From Hormiphora californensis (Eukaryota > Animalia > Ctenophora), in assembly GCA_020137815.1 (NCBI GenBank), contig CM035354.1:5642001-5706000 (forward strand): a stretch of DNA of 64,000 nt, written 5' to 3'. The notes below the pieces were generated by a model. That model searched no databases, was not told the origin of the DNA, and saw nothing but the letters and a program-made list of their open reading frames with translations. Within the stretch, counting starts at the first letter, position 1. Each line of letters starts with the position of its first letter. Made by a program: the position numbers and the translations under genes. This document shows positions 38,501 through 51,594 of this stretch, in pieces.

Positions 38501-40390
38501 GAATTGCTAATTAGCCCTTTTCTAATAAAAGTCCATAATTTGAATTGTTGAGGAAAAAAGATTTGAAATTCCGAGGACGACTGATTTTGATCCTTTGGCC
38601 CACACGGACAGGACCTTGTCACAATTGTCACGTGCACTAATTACGTCGCGCGCGGTACCAGTTTAGTGTGAAAATGACCATTTCCTAGCACTTCATGGTC
38701 GATGAGATCTCGCCCTGTTAGTCGGATTTTCTGACAGTTCCCCAACCTGATATGACAGAAAACCCGAGTGACAGCCAACATTAGTGCAACTGGGCTCTCT
38801 GAAGATCAGTTGTTGGAGTATAAACTTGATAAAATGTTTAGGTTAGCCCCCTTTTTCGCACCTTGACCATGTTACTCGATTTAATCAAATCAAGCCTGAA
38901 ACAGATTGCTATACCTAATTTTGAAACGATCTGCTGCCTATATAATTCAGCTGTAGCTAATACCAAGGCGCCTTGGAGTCTGAAACCTCTCTCTGCTGAT
39001 GCATGGCCCGTAGGTAATAGGTAGCAAATACAACGTCCCTTCTCAAATCTCCTAATTTGTATGAGACCACAACAACACATCTTCCCACATTCACCACATC
39101 TTTGAGTTGTGGTTATAATCGATGCCAAATAGACGTGTTGAGGTTGTAGAGTAGGTAATGAAATAACTTATCGGGGTGTTTGTGTTCCTACTGCTGCTAG
39201 CGGTATTTTGAGTGGAGAGATAGGGGGATCAAATAATATTCGATCTTCCTCTCTCTCTCACTCTATGGACGGATAAAGAGTCCAAACAATAGAAGCACAT
39301 TCCATTGACTCACTCCTTCTTCCCAATGCCCAAAAACCCCCCACCACCAAAAATTCCAAACTTCCCCCCTTTTCTTTATTCCTCAACTCTTTTTTTGGGG
39401 CTTTTTTCTACCTCTCGCCCCCCTTCTCTCTTTTTCTCTCTCTCTTCCTTTGCTCTCTTTTCTCTCCCCTTCCCCTCTCTCTCTTCTCTCCTCTCTCTCC
39501 CTCCTCTACTCGTTCTTCAATCCCGTTCCCTTTTGCCCCTTTTGAAATTTCACGCGGGGGTGTGGTGTGGGGTGTTAAATTTTTCACATCGTCATGGGCT
39601 GCTAGTTATCCTTTTATTTTTTTAATTATTCTCCGAAGTTTCCCCCCGGGGAGAGGGCAGAGGGGGGTCGGGAGAGGCCCAAAAATCCCCCCGGGGGATT
39701 TCCCAAATTGGGTGTCGATTCGATTTCGGTTCATTTTAAACTCTCGATTCACTCTCTCGTGTTTCTTTTTTTTATGGTATAGCTCCCCTTTTTTTGCCAC
39801 TATAAGTTATTAAAATTTTTTTTCCCCCTTTAAGTAATATAAGTTCACCCTTTCCCTTGATTTTAATTTTGTTTAATTTTTTGTTAATTTTTTGTTTTTT
39901 TGGCTCCGATCAAAAGTTGGGGTTCAAACCCCTAAATTTTCGTGATTTATTTCCTGGAGTTTGTTTCCCGTTTAGTTTTGCTCCTTGGGGGGCCCCCAAA
40001 AACCCTGGGGGGGGAACCCATAAAAAAACCAAAATTCTTTTTTTATTTATTTTCTCCCTCTCTATCTCTCTACTTTCTGGGAAGGGGCCATTTCATGGGT
40101 ACCATCATGGTATTAAAGAGCTTTTACACCACTTCTTAGATCCTTCCCCCAAAACTGTTTTTCACAGGGTTTCACGGCATACTTCTTTTGGGAAAAGGGG
40201 GGAAAAAATTTACACAACATTCCCCATTTTAAACCTTTCTCTCTGATGTTTCGATACCGTCGTATAATGAGCTAATTTTATGCACAACCCCTTTACACCC
40301 AAGTACACAGTCCTTTGATCTTTACCTGGCCGATTAACGAACAGTTACTAAAGTCATACTCTTGTAATATTACCCTCTCATAGTAATCTC

Positions 40391-40460
<70 letters not shown>

Positions 40461-40625
40461 ACTCTCACTCTCACAGTCTGTTTCACAATCTCTCTCTCCT
40501 TCTTCATCTCTTCCTTTCGCTCTTCGGTTGGCTGTGACAAAGCCAAAGCCACCACCTGTCTCCTTGTGTAGGTATCAGAGAGGGCCGCTTCGATGGCAGC
40601 GGTCATTAGTAGTGAGTGTGTAACA

Positions 40626-40696
<71 letters not shown>

Positions 40697-42599
40697 CTAC
40701 AGCGCCGCACGTGCTAGTTCGCCACAGGACTCTCCACGTGTTCTGTCTATAACGAGGTTTACCATAGACCCTTGGTACAATTAACATCTGTTATAGTCAT
40801 TGCCCGGTTTTGTTCGCTGAATTAATCCGAGGTTTTCCTGACAGGTACCAATGGCGATCCAGAGATTAATCTACTTAGAAATGTTAACCATGAGGGTACA
40901 AATATAAACGGTAAGAATTTTCCCTGTTTTCATGAAAGGTCTAGATTATATATTTGTTGCTATTTTCTTACTATATTAGTATGTAAAAGGGTACTGGGGG
41001 CTTCTCACTTGTCTATTTATTAATTCATTATTTGTTACTATCTTTCCGCCCAAATTAGGTGAAAGTGAGTCTTGTGAAAGGTTGTCTCTTGGTATGGGGT
41101 TGAATCAGAGTACGAATATCCACCACAGCAGCGTCACTAGGTAGGAACCTTATAACCGACACTTTTTCATTTTCCCTGTTTTGTGTTTGCCTCTTTGCGG
41201 CAGATTATTTGAACTCTTTAGTACCTATTGTATGGCCATGGCGCTTGTCAACACTGCTAGAATTTCGGCATTGTCACTGCGGAAGCCCGGTCTTTATCGC
41301 TTACTTCTTCCTATTTGAGAAAAGAGACACACAAAGTCATGCCTTCTTTTTCGTTGAGACTGAGATGGAGAGATGCATCACAGGCGTCTACGTTCCTCAG
41401 CCATTCCATCGACAGCGCCAGACAGAGGGGTGGGAATAATTCTGCGTCATGATTGATGGCAAATAAATGAGTTGACTGCAAAAATGAGTCGACTGCAAAA
41501 ATTACCTAAATTGGAGATTTGTTCAGCTTTGTAGGGCATGCATTACATATACCCAGGTCCTTCTTCGTGTGTGTGATTGCTGTCTCCATCAATACCATAA
41601 ATCCGTTTGACTTTTTAAAGTTAGACTCTTTTCTTACACATATTTATATATCCCCTATATTTTATTTTGGTTATGATATTCAAAAATTTACTAAATAAGG
41701 TTTAAAGTAGTCTAAAAGAGTCTGAATAATGGACCTCCCCACCAAGATTTTGTAATATCTTTGATGAAACAGAGAAAAGGATAGAGTTTAGAGAGAAAAG
41801 AAGAGAGAAACAGAGAGAGAAAATAGAAAGTGAGAGAGATCATTATATTAGAATTACAGAGGTTGTTTTGCTGCCGGTGTACTACTATAATACTACATAA
41901 AGTTCCATAGATTGAATGAGATTGAATAGGTCTGGTGTATGTCTGTAGTAGTAGGTGTGGAAGTCAGATTAGCTGCAAATTCTTTCAACCGTTTCATAAT
42001 TCACTTCGAACAGTTCCTCCTTACATACAGCTCGGATTCCATTAAAATGAGTAGGGGATAAGAGAAGGGTCACGGTAGACGACGGTGAACCATTGTTCTC
42101 CAATTATTTCACTCGATACGTCCCTCTTTGCAATTTGTTCCCCCTCAAAACGTAGACATCGGACCCGTGTCACTTGTGCCCTTTCCACACGCAGACTGAA
42201 GAGGCTGAGTTTTTGTTTCTTTCAGCATCGGGGATGTGGGTCGGATATTGATACACTGCAGTTACCAGGAGCTCCGTTGAGGGCGCCAGAGCTTATTAAC
42301 TTACGCCGACACGTTTCTTTCACTATCAACTTACTTATTGACTTGTTGTAAAAATTACGAGCATTAACTATATTTTTTGAAATTTCAATTATAAAATTTA
42401 ATACATAACAATTGCTTAACTACTTAAACTAGCATAATCTCTTGTTATTGGGAGTCTCAGATTAGAGTTTCTTCTTCTCTTGTCTGGGGTTTGAAGGGTG
42501 ATAGGAGTCACAGCAGTTGGTTACACTGCCTAGTTTGTTCCGCCATTGTATTACCTCGACATGCTCTACTCAACCGTCATAAATTTACTGTTCACAATC

Positions 42600-42683
42600 C
42601 TTCTCTCTTTTTCTCTCTCTCTCCTCTCTATCTCTCTCTCGCTCTCTTCTCATCTCTCTCTCTCTCTCTCTCTCCCTCTCTCT

Positions 42684-42731
<48 letters not shown>

Positions 42732-42880
42732 ATCTCTCTCTCGTTCTCTCTCTCTCTCTCTCTCTCTCATCCTCTCTCCCTCTCTCGCTCTCTCTCTTTC
42801 TGTCTCTCTCTCTATCTCTGCTCTCTCTCTCTCTCTCTCCTCTCCTCTCTCTCTCTCTCTCTCTCTCGTCTCTCTCTCTA
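42600..42880 (+). repeat. Long imperfect (CT)n tract
   Basis: Read directly. Confidence 0.95.
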
Positions 42881-43447
42881 TCCCTAATTCTCCTACTCCC
42901 CCACTACAGCTACTCCCAACATCATTAAGCAGCTCCAGGGGAGAAGCTCTTTAAAATGCTCCCCCGATGTGCACCCCACCACTCACTTCACACTCATGTC
43001 TCGTGTTCTCGGTCTTACTTTGTCTCTCTCGGGCCTCTTTCAACTACTCACTTCTCGCTCTCTCGTATATGCTTATTCGGCTTATTCACGAATCATACGC
43101 TTATTCAATTTCAGCTGCTATCATCGTTCTGTCTCCAATCCTTCATTCCCCTCACTATTGGTCTGCGTTTTTCTAATTCTCTTCCTCCCAACTACCTCTT
43201 TCTCCATTACTCTTATAATGACTCTCTTAAAATCTCATTAAGTTGTCTCTCTTGTTCTGGTTAGTAATATATTGGGTGTCCAGAGGGCTGATTGAAATTT
43301 GAATGATTGGAAAACTGTCAATGTACCTAACACGAGGCCGGGGGATAGTAACAATCAACAATGCCTTTTTTGTGTTTCTGTGTGCTCTTTGTATTATTAC
43401 TCTTTTTCAAATCCACCTCCCAACCCTTATACATCTCTCCTTTCCAG

Positions 43448-45185
43448 CCAAGTTGAAAGTACCGGTAGTATCGCCAGACAGCTACGAAGATCCATTTCCC
43501 TTCGTCGTGAGAAACCCAAGGTATTCCGTGTCAGTTCGGAAAACAGCCCCAACGGTTCCAACCCTGATATCCTGATTTCACAGATCCTTGAGATATCCAA
43601 AACATTCCGGAGTCCGCCCATTCAGAGGAATTCTCTCCACAAGTCTCTCTCAGTTTCGGACCTGAATTTAGGTGAAGAAGTGAGGAAGCAGGGTGAGGAA
43701 GCAGCGGTTTTTAGCAGTCCTGAACTTAGAGAAAGCAGCAGTCCTGAGCCTTCTGAAGTATCCGGAATGAGTTCAGAGGAGAATGAACAGAGTGTCGTCC
43801 CTAATGAACAGTTGGATAGGGGTGATATTGAAAATAGTGATGTTCCCGTGAAGGATGATCATGATGAATCAGATGATGCTGATGAAGATGCTGATGTTGT
43901 GTATGGGGGTCCCATTGTATACAGGGGCTCCATCTCAACGAGTATAGAAGACATATCAGAGGAGAGTGAGATAGAGGACTCCTGCACTCCCCAGCTATCA
44001 GACAGACACAGTTCATCCTCTGATTCGTGTCCCTCTGATTCATGCCCCTCTGATACCACAGGCGACGAAGGGGAGGAAGAGGAGGAGGGTGTAGGGGTGC
44101 TGCCCCAGATTGGTGCCCGAGGGGTGGCCAGAAGGGGCAGGATGTCAGTCATAACACCGCCTACTGTTAGCAAGTTAGAGAGCGATGCCTCGCTCCCAAA
44201 AAGGAGGTGCCGCAGCTCCGGTGACCTTTCAGCAGAGATATCTGAGGAGTTTGTAGAGTATCTAAAGTCCCGGAACACCGCCAAAACAGAGATGATAGAG
44301 AGATTTGAGGAGCTAGCGAAACAGCCCTCTCTGATTCTCGATGATGAAGAACCAGTGATGGGTAGATTGATGAGGAGCAACTCCCAGACAATCACCAATA
44401 GAGAGATAAAGATCGTTGAGACAAAAGTGAGACGGACATGGGAGGATGAGGGGATGACAAGGAAATCAAGAATTGCAATGGCAATCATCTTTATTGGATC
44501 CCGACTAAGTTCCATGGCACATGTTTCTCAGGAGCAGTTAGCGGTGGAGGATCTGGATCCGAAGAAGAAATCCGCTGGTCGGTCACTTTCTTTCTCCTTG
44601 AAAAACAAGGGCAGCCTTCTCAAAGGGTCCTCTCGGACATCACTGTTTGACCAGATGAAGACGATTCGTAATACTGATTGCAAAGGTAATACCAGTTTAG
44701 AACCCCCAACCCGCCTCTAAATCAACCCTAACACAACCCCATTCCATCCATAATCCACCCAACCTCTAACCCATCGTCTAACCCAACCTCTAACCCATCG
44801 TCTAACCCACCGTACCCATGTGTAGGACTGCTTGAGGAGTGTAGTGATGAGGGTGAGGAAGAGGTCGATGGTTTAACAGAGCTAGTCCGGCATCCCAGGA
44901 AACGGCTTGGTACATCGCTCCCAGTAAGTTGTTTATTGAACAGACACCATTAATACCACCTCCAGAATTACTTATTTGTTAGGCTGGATCCCAGGGGGGT
45001 GATGGTAGAATCTAGACGGGTAAACTAGCCAGGGAATGCAACAGGTGACAAATTAAATATATCACTTTCCCCGATATCTTGATGTGATAGCTCCACCAAC
45101 TGGCTGCGGTTTCACGCCCTAAAACATTCCAATACCACTCAGACATTCTTTGTTAATGTTTAGACAAATGACCGCTGATAGCTTT

Positions 45186-45237
<52 letters not shown>

Positions 45238-45243
45238 TTTCTT

Positions 45244-45325
<82 letters not shown>

Positions 45326-45479
45326 CCTCTCTCTCTCTCTCTCTTTCTCCCCCCCTCTATCTCTTCTATAGAAGTAACACGCTCTTCTACTCCAGGGACG
45401 AAGGAATGAGGAGAAGAGGTTGCTGAATGATAAACGGTGCATGTCCCTTAACAGTCTGAGTCCTGTTGTTACAAACAAG
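43448..45479 (+). CDS. Internal exons of an unknown gene, S/E/D-rich and probably disordered
   Basis: Exons 43448-44685, 44826-44923 and 45396-45479 splice in frame with GT/AG ends (..TDCK|GLLEECSDE..TSLP|GRRNEEKR..). Several RRxS-type motifs. No recognisable domain; gene ends unknown. Confidence 0.7.
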
Positions 45480-48400
45480 GTACCCTAGCAATAATTATGT
45501 AGCGCACACCGCTTTTTATTTCGATAGAGCAACCCTCAAGCTGTTTCCAAATCATTAGATTCGGGCCTGAAAATTATCACACAGCACTCACAGCTTCCGC
45601 GTTCTACCTAACATGTCGATCTGCATATTGACTCATAAATTACATATTCATCTAGCTCTCATATATGAGAATCACTGGGTAAACTGTTGAAAGATGATTT
45701 GCAAACCAAGACAATCACTGTGTGGTATACAGATGGGCCCTTATCGCAGCTCCCTACACATAAACCCCTTTTCTTTTCCTATTTTCACATATTTCCCCCC
45801 GTGGCTGTAGAAGCCGTGTTCCTGGCGCTTCACTCAGAGCCACGGGTAGATCTGTAATTTGAACGTAATCTCGTGATTACAAGCGTTACCTTGAAAGATT
45901 ACCCGCATAATATTTTGACAGGGACATTGAATATATTGAATATATGTTGGGGACCTTTATTATTAGATGGAGCATTCCTTTTGAAAATGTTTAAACTGCC
46001 TCGTGATTCAGTTGTTTTGTATATATCTGAACACTAGCCCGTAACAGAAGAAACAGGTCAAATAGACTCTTCCATAGTAAGGTTATACTGTGATAATATA
46101 GAGGGAGGTAGTATCAATATTGTGATCTCACTTGTGTGCTTAGTTAGAATTGAGCATATTATATCCGTGACTCTCTAAATTAATTCGTACTATCCAGATT
46201 TTTCATCTCCAGATCGCTCTTTTACTGTCCTCTCGTGTGACGTCACAATGCTATGTGGCAGCTAGTAATATATATGTCTTTTGATCATATTCTCCCACTC
46301 CCACACACATTCCTTCACAACCCTATGATATAGTGCTTTAACTACTAAGTACGATTTTCAACGCCCTCCTCTTTTTTTCCTCCTTTTTCAGCATCTTCCC
46401 GGAAAGCAAGCCTTGGGGTGGTGATAGAAAGCCATTCCCCCGAGCAGGAGAGAGAGAGTTATGAGTTATAGCTGAGAGAGTTTCCCCACCTGTCATGTCA
46501 CATATAAAATAATGCTTAATGAATACTTTTCATTTTGTTTGACCTAAGTTGCGCTCCTTGAAATTCTTTCTATCCATGCCGTTTTTCAATAGTAAAACTA
46601 AGTAGGAGCTGCCGTTCTGGGCCGAGCTAGCACATACTAATTAACAGGTGTGCCAAGTGAATAGGATAGAGAGGGGAATATGAGTGGCCTTGTCAAAAAT
46701 GTAGGCGTAGGTCGTTGAGAAAAAAGTTTTGGAGACAAAAAGAATGCGAGAAAGAAAGATAAAGCTGGCGAGAAAGACAGGTTGGAGAGGGAGAGAAAAA
46801 AGAAGTAAAGAGATATATAAAAAAAGATAGAGAGATTAATGAAAACAGAGGTAGAGAGTGAGGGAGAGTGAGAGAGAGAGTGAAGAGAGAGATAGGATGC
46901 ATGGTGTTGACGTTTATAATATACCCAACATGTTTATATGGCTAGCAAGTGTGATTTGTTTGTCTACATATTCGCTAATCTTCTTCTACAATGATGAAGC
47001 CCACTGTCCTATACGGACCCCGCCGGTTCTCCTTCTCAAGAGCATTCTCTCATGAGCCAGGACTCAGCAAATCTATGGTAAGTTCGTTTTGTACGAATTT
47101 ATGTGTTTGGTAATTGATTCGGCGGGGGTCGCTGTGCCCGGCACAGTGTGCCGACTATTTTTCAAATTTGAAATGAAAAATGTATGAATGATATTGAGTT
47201 GTTACCAAAAAGGAGAGAAAGATTCGGATGACTAGTGAGAATGAGAAAAGGAGGGGGAACAGGGAGTTATCTTGTTTGTGTGGTGAGGCCACTTCACACA
47301 TTATTCGGCGAAATTATCTCCGACTCACTGGAGAATTGTCCACTATTTAGAACAATTCTCTCCCGTTCCTCCCGGCCCCCTCTCTCTCTGGGGCCATGGA
47401 AGCCAGAATAATGTACCCAATCTGCACCCCATCGCAACATTCCATGGCTGATTTAGCACGTGTTGATCAGGGTAGTATCATGGCACACTCGGGTTAATTT
47501 GGTCAACACTGGCTAAATATTTTCCTTATCTCTTCATTGGGTCGATAGAGAATATTATAAGTTTTCTTCCTTCCAGTAGCATAATTTTACCTTCCTTTTT
47601 TTTCTTTAAATATCTTACCTCTTTTTGGGTGGGTTAACCGGAAAGGGGGAAAAAAACCCCCCGGGGGGGCCTTTTGGGCCTATTTTTAAAAAGGGACTTA
47701 AAACGGTTTTTTAAAAGGGGGGTTTTTTATAATCTTCCCGGCCCCTTCTTTAAATCCCCGGAAAAAGCTTTTCCCCCTTTTTTTTTTCCCCCCCTTTTTC
47801 CTTTACCCCCCTTTTTCGGGGGGGGGCTAAATCTTTCTTTTTTTTGCTCGGTTTTTTTTCCTTTTTTTTTTCCCCCCTTTTTGCAATCCCTTTTTAACCC
47901 AAAAAAAATTTGGGCTCTTTGGGGTCCTTTCCTGTTTTTTAAAAAATCTCACTTAAGCCCCTTTAAAAATTTTTTTTTCTCATTTTTAAATTTCCTTCCA
48001 CCCAAAAAACCCCCTTTCTCCCCTCCCCGGGCCCAACCCCGTCAAACAATGGTTTGGGGGTTTTTAGTTTTTTGGGGTTGGTTTTTTAACTCGGCCCGGC
48101 CGAGAAAAAACAAAAGGGAAAAAAAAAAGGGGGAAAAAGGGGGGGGGAAAAAAACCTTGGGGCGTTCGAGGGGCCATTTTTTTTTTGAAAAAACGTGCCG
48201 GGTTTTTTTTCCCCCAAAAAAATTTTTTTAAGGATCTGCCCCCCTAGAAATGTACTTCCCTTGGATTTTTTTGAACCCCCTTTCCCAATTTCCCCCTTTC
48301 TTTCCCTCCTGGCCTGCTCCGCACCGGGGCGGAAGGGGGGTTTAACCCCCATGGTTTTGGGGCCCCTTTTTTATAATTTTCCCCGGCCCCTCTAGCGGAA

Positions 48401-50505
48401 AGAAAAGAACCCCTTTTAGCCAAGGGTGGGGTAAAAGAGAGGGGGAAAAAAGCCCATCCAAAAGGGAAGGGGAAACCCCCAAAAAAAGGAGAAAGCTTTT
48501 TGGGGGAAAAAGAAAATTGCGAAGTTTGGGGCCCGTTGGTTTTTTAAGTAAAATGAAAAAGGCGTGCTCGGTGATAGTTACCGTGACCACAAACGAAGTT
48601 TACGTGAAACAATCATAGAAGATTCCCATCATTTCCCTTTGGTTTATCCAAAATTTTTTTTATTTGGGAAAATTTTAAAAAGAAATGGGTGCAATCAGTG
48701 GTTTTAAATATTGGGGGGTACTTCCATTTCCATGCTTATTCAGATGCTACCAAACATGCTTTCAAGGTTTTATCCCGTAATCACCCTGACGCCCCCAAAC
48801 CCCTTTTCTGGGTATAAAAAGGGGCATCGGGCCCCGGGCGTGGGGGAAAAAGGAGGGTTAAAAGGAAAAGGGAACTGGGGTTTTAAGGGAAACAAGAGAG
48901 AGGGGAGAGGGGAGGGGAAAAGGAGGAAAAAGGGGAGGGAAAAGGGGGGAAAATGGGGAGAGAGAAGAGAAAAAAGACCAAAAGAAAAGGAGAAGAAAGA
49001 GAAGAGAGGGGGAAGAGATAAATAAATAGTTAAAAAAATTCGACAATTTAGGTCCGTCCAAAACTAAGCTCGGGTGGCTCCCCGGGAAACATGGGAGTAC
49101 CCCCGGGGCGCGTTTAAATTTTCTTCTTTTCTCTCTCTCCCCCTCTCTCTCTCCCCCTCCCCCCTCTCTCCCCCTCTCCCCTCTCTCTTCTCTCCCCAGA
49201 AAAATCTTTGCTTAACCCATTTCTTTTTTCAAAAAACAACAGGAAATATGAAAAAGTTTTAGGGGGGGAGCGGAAAAAAAAAAGAAAAGTGAAACAGTTT
49301 TTTTTAAAGTTTAAAAAATTTCCCAAATTTTTCCCAATTTATACCAAAAAAAAAATCACTTGTGATTGTGAATTTCTAAGTTTGCACACCAAATAAAAAT
49401 CCCCGGGAAAGGGTGATTTGGGAACCCTTTAGTACATCCTTGTTAACAAAAATTAAAATCCATTTCCCTTCCATTCAATATTCACTTGGATGAGGGGAAA
49501 CACCGAATCTTTCCGAAGTTTAAACGTTTGATTTATTTGCCATTCCGGGAAAAGTTTAGCATAAAATGGAGTTCCCCAAATTAACCCCCCCTTTTTTTCC
49601 AATTCCAAAACTCCCCCCTTTTTTACCACATTCCCCTTAAAGGACCCAAAAACGATAGCGAGGGCCAAAAAGAAAGGGACCCGGGTGGAAAAGGGGGAAA
49701 TTACACCCACAAATGTGAGGACTATCAGCCAAGGTATAAAAACCAAAAATGGCAGCAGTCCTTTGGGGCGGTTTTGGGGTACAGTTTTTGTGGGAAACTG
49801 TTAAAAATTTTTTTTGCCATATGGACACACCCCTTTCCCGTCACACACAAAAACACACACCCCAACAACGGGTTGGCGGTTTTTCCACAAATTTTTTGAA
49901 TATAAAGTTGGCAAATTTTTAAGTTAGGATGACCTTCAAGGTCCCACCCCTTATAACTTCATCCGGGGGCTGGGGGTATTATTTGGCGGTGCTAAGTAGC
50001 CTTGTGAAGGGGTGTTAAAGGGGAAAAATTGGAAAATCCAAAAACTTATTTATTGAGCGGGGAAGCGTGGGATTTAAAATTTTTTTAAAAGATATTTGCA
50101 TAAATGTGTGGTGTGAACCTTAGAAGTGTCGACAAAACGAAGGGGAGAGCTTTATATACGGGTGAGGGGGACGTTTCCCCCTCCTATTTTCCCCTCCACT
50201 TCCTGGGGATCAAATTCTCTTTCATCGCCCCCTTTCTACTGACAGCATTATTCCCCCTTTTGTGAAATAAGGTTTTTTAATTTGCAAGAAGGGAAAATAT
50301 AAAAGGGAGAGAGAGAAAAAATGTAGAGATAGGGAACTATGATCCAACGAAACATTTCTCTTTGCTTTCGATTATACAATATACGATAAAAGGTCATTAG
50401 GGTAGCCCATTGTTATTACGGTCGTATTGGGCTGGGAGTAAAAGTGGGGTAAAAGTAAAAGTAAAAGTAAATGTTACATATGTTGATAGCAACGATCCTG
50501 TCGAT

Positions 50506-51594
50506 CTGAGGTGTATCCATAGCAGCAACCTGGGGTGTATCCATAGCAACAACCTGGGATGTATCCCAACAACAACCCGGGGGGATCCATAGCAAACAAC
50601 CGGGGTGTATCCATGCAACAAACCCGGATTTTTATCCTAGCAAAAAACCGGGGTGTATAACAAAAATGGGGTGTATCCCTAGCAACCAATTGGGTGTACC
50701 ATAGCCAACCTGGGGGTACCATAGCAACAACCGGGGGTTTCCTAGCAACAAAACCCGGGGTATCCATAGAAAACCCGGGGTGTATCCATAGCAAAAACCC
50801 CGGGGTTACCCTCAACAACTGGGGGGGTATCCTAGAAAAAAACCCGGGGTTTCCTAGCAACAATTGGGTGATCCATAGCAACATCCTGGGGTGTCCCTAG
50901 CAACAAAGGGGGTATCCATAGCAACAACCGGGGGGTTCCTAGCAACAACCCGGGGTATCATAGCAAAAATCGGGGGGGATCTAAGGGAACAAGGGGGGGG
51001 TATCCCTGAACAACCTGGGGTTTTCCCTGAAAACCTGGGGTTTGCCATGCAAAATCTGGGTGTATCCAAGCCCAAAAAAGGGGGTATCCATAAACAACCC
51101 GGGGTATCCATACAACAAACTTTTGGGGGTATCATAGCAACAAAGGGGGATCCATAGCAACAACCTGGGGTGTATCCATAGCAACAACCTGGGGTGTATC
51201 CATAGCAACAACCTGGGGGTTTCCCTACAACAAACTGAGGTGATCCCTAGCAAAAACCCGGGGGGGTGTCCCCTAGCCCAAAAATGGGGTGTACCATAGA
51301 AAAACCAGGGGGGTACCATAGCAACATCCGGGGGGTTCCATAGCAACAAAACCCGGGGTGTTTCCCTAGCAACAAACCGGGGTGATCCCCAGCAAAAACC
51401 TGGGGTGGGACATGCAACAATCTGAGGTGATCCATGCAACAAATGGGGGGTTTTTTATCCATAGCACAACCGGGGGGTATCCATGGGAACAATCTGGGGG
51501 GGGTTTTCATAGCAACAATCTGAGGTGTATCCATAGCAACAACCTGGGGTGTATCCATAGCAACAATCTGGGGTGTATCCATAGCAACAATCTG
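50506..51594 (+). repeat. 24-bp minisatellite (cctggggtgtatccatagcaacaa)n, roughly 45 units by length
   Basis: Clean units at both ends and at ~51155-51215; noisy units elsewhere. Confidence 0.92.

Noticed and set aside
42491-42928. LS- and ER-repeat ORFs (also near 23717, 28892, 40394, 45119, 59823)
   Set aside because: Translations of (CT)n/(AG)n microsatellites.
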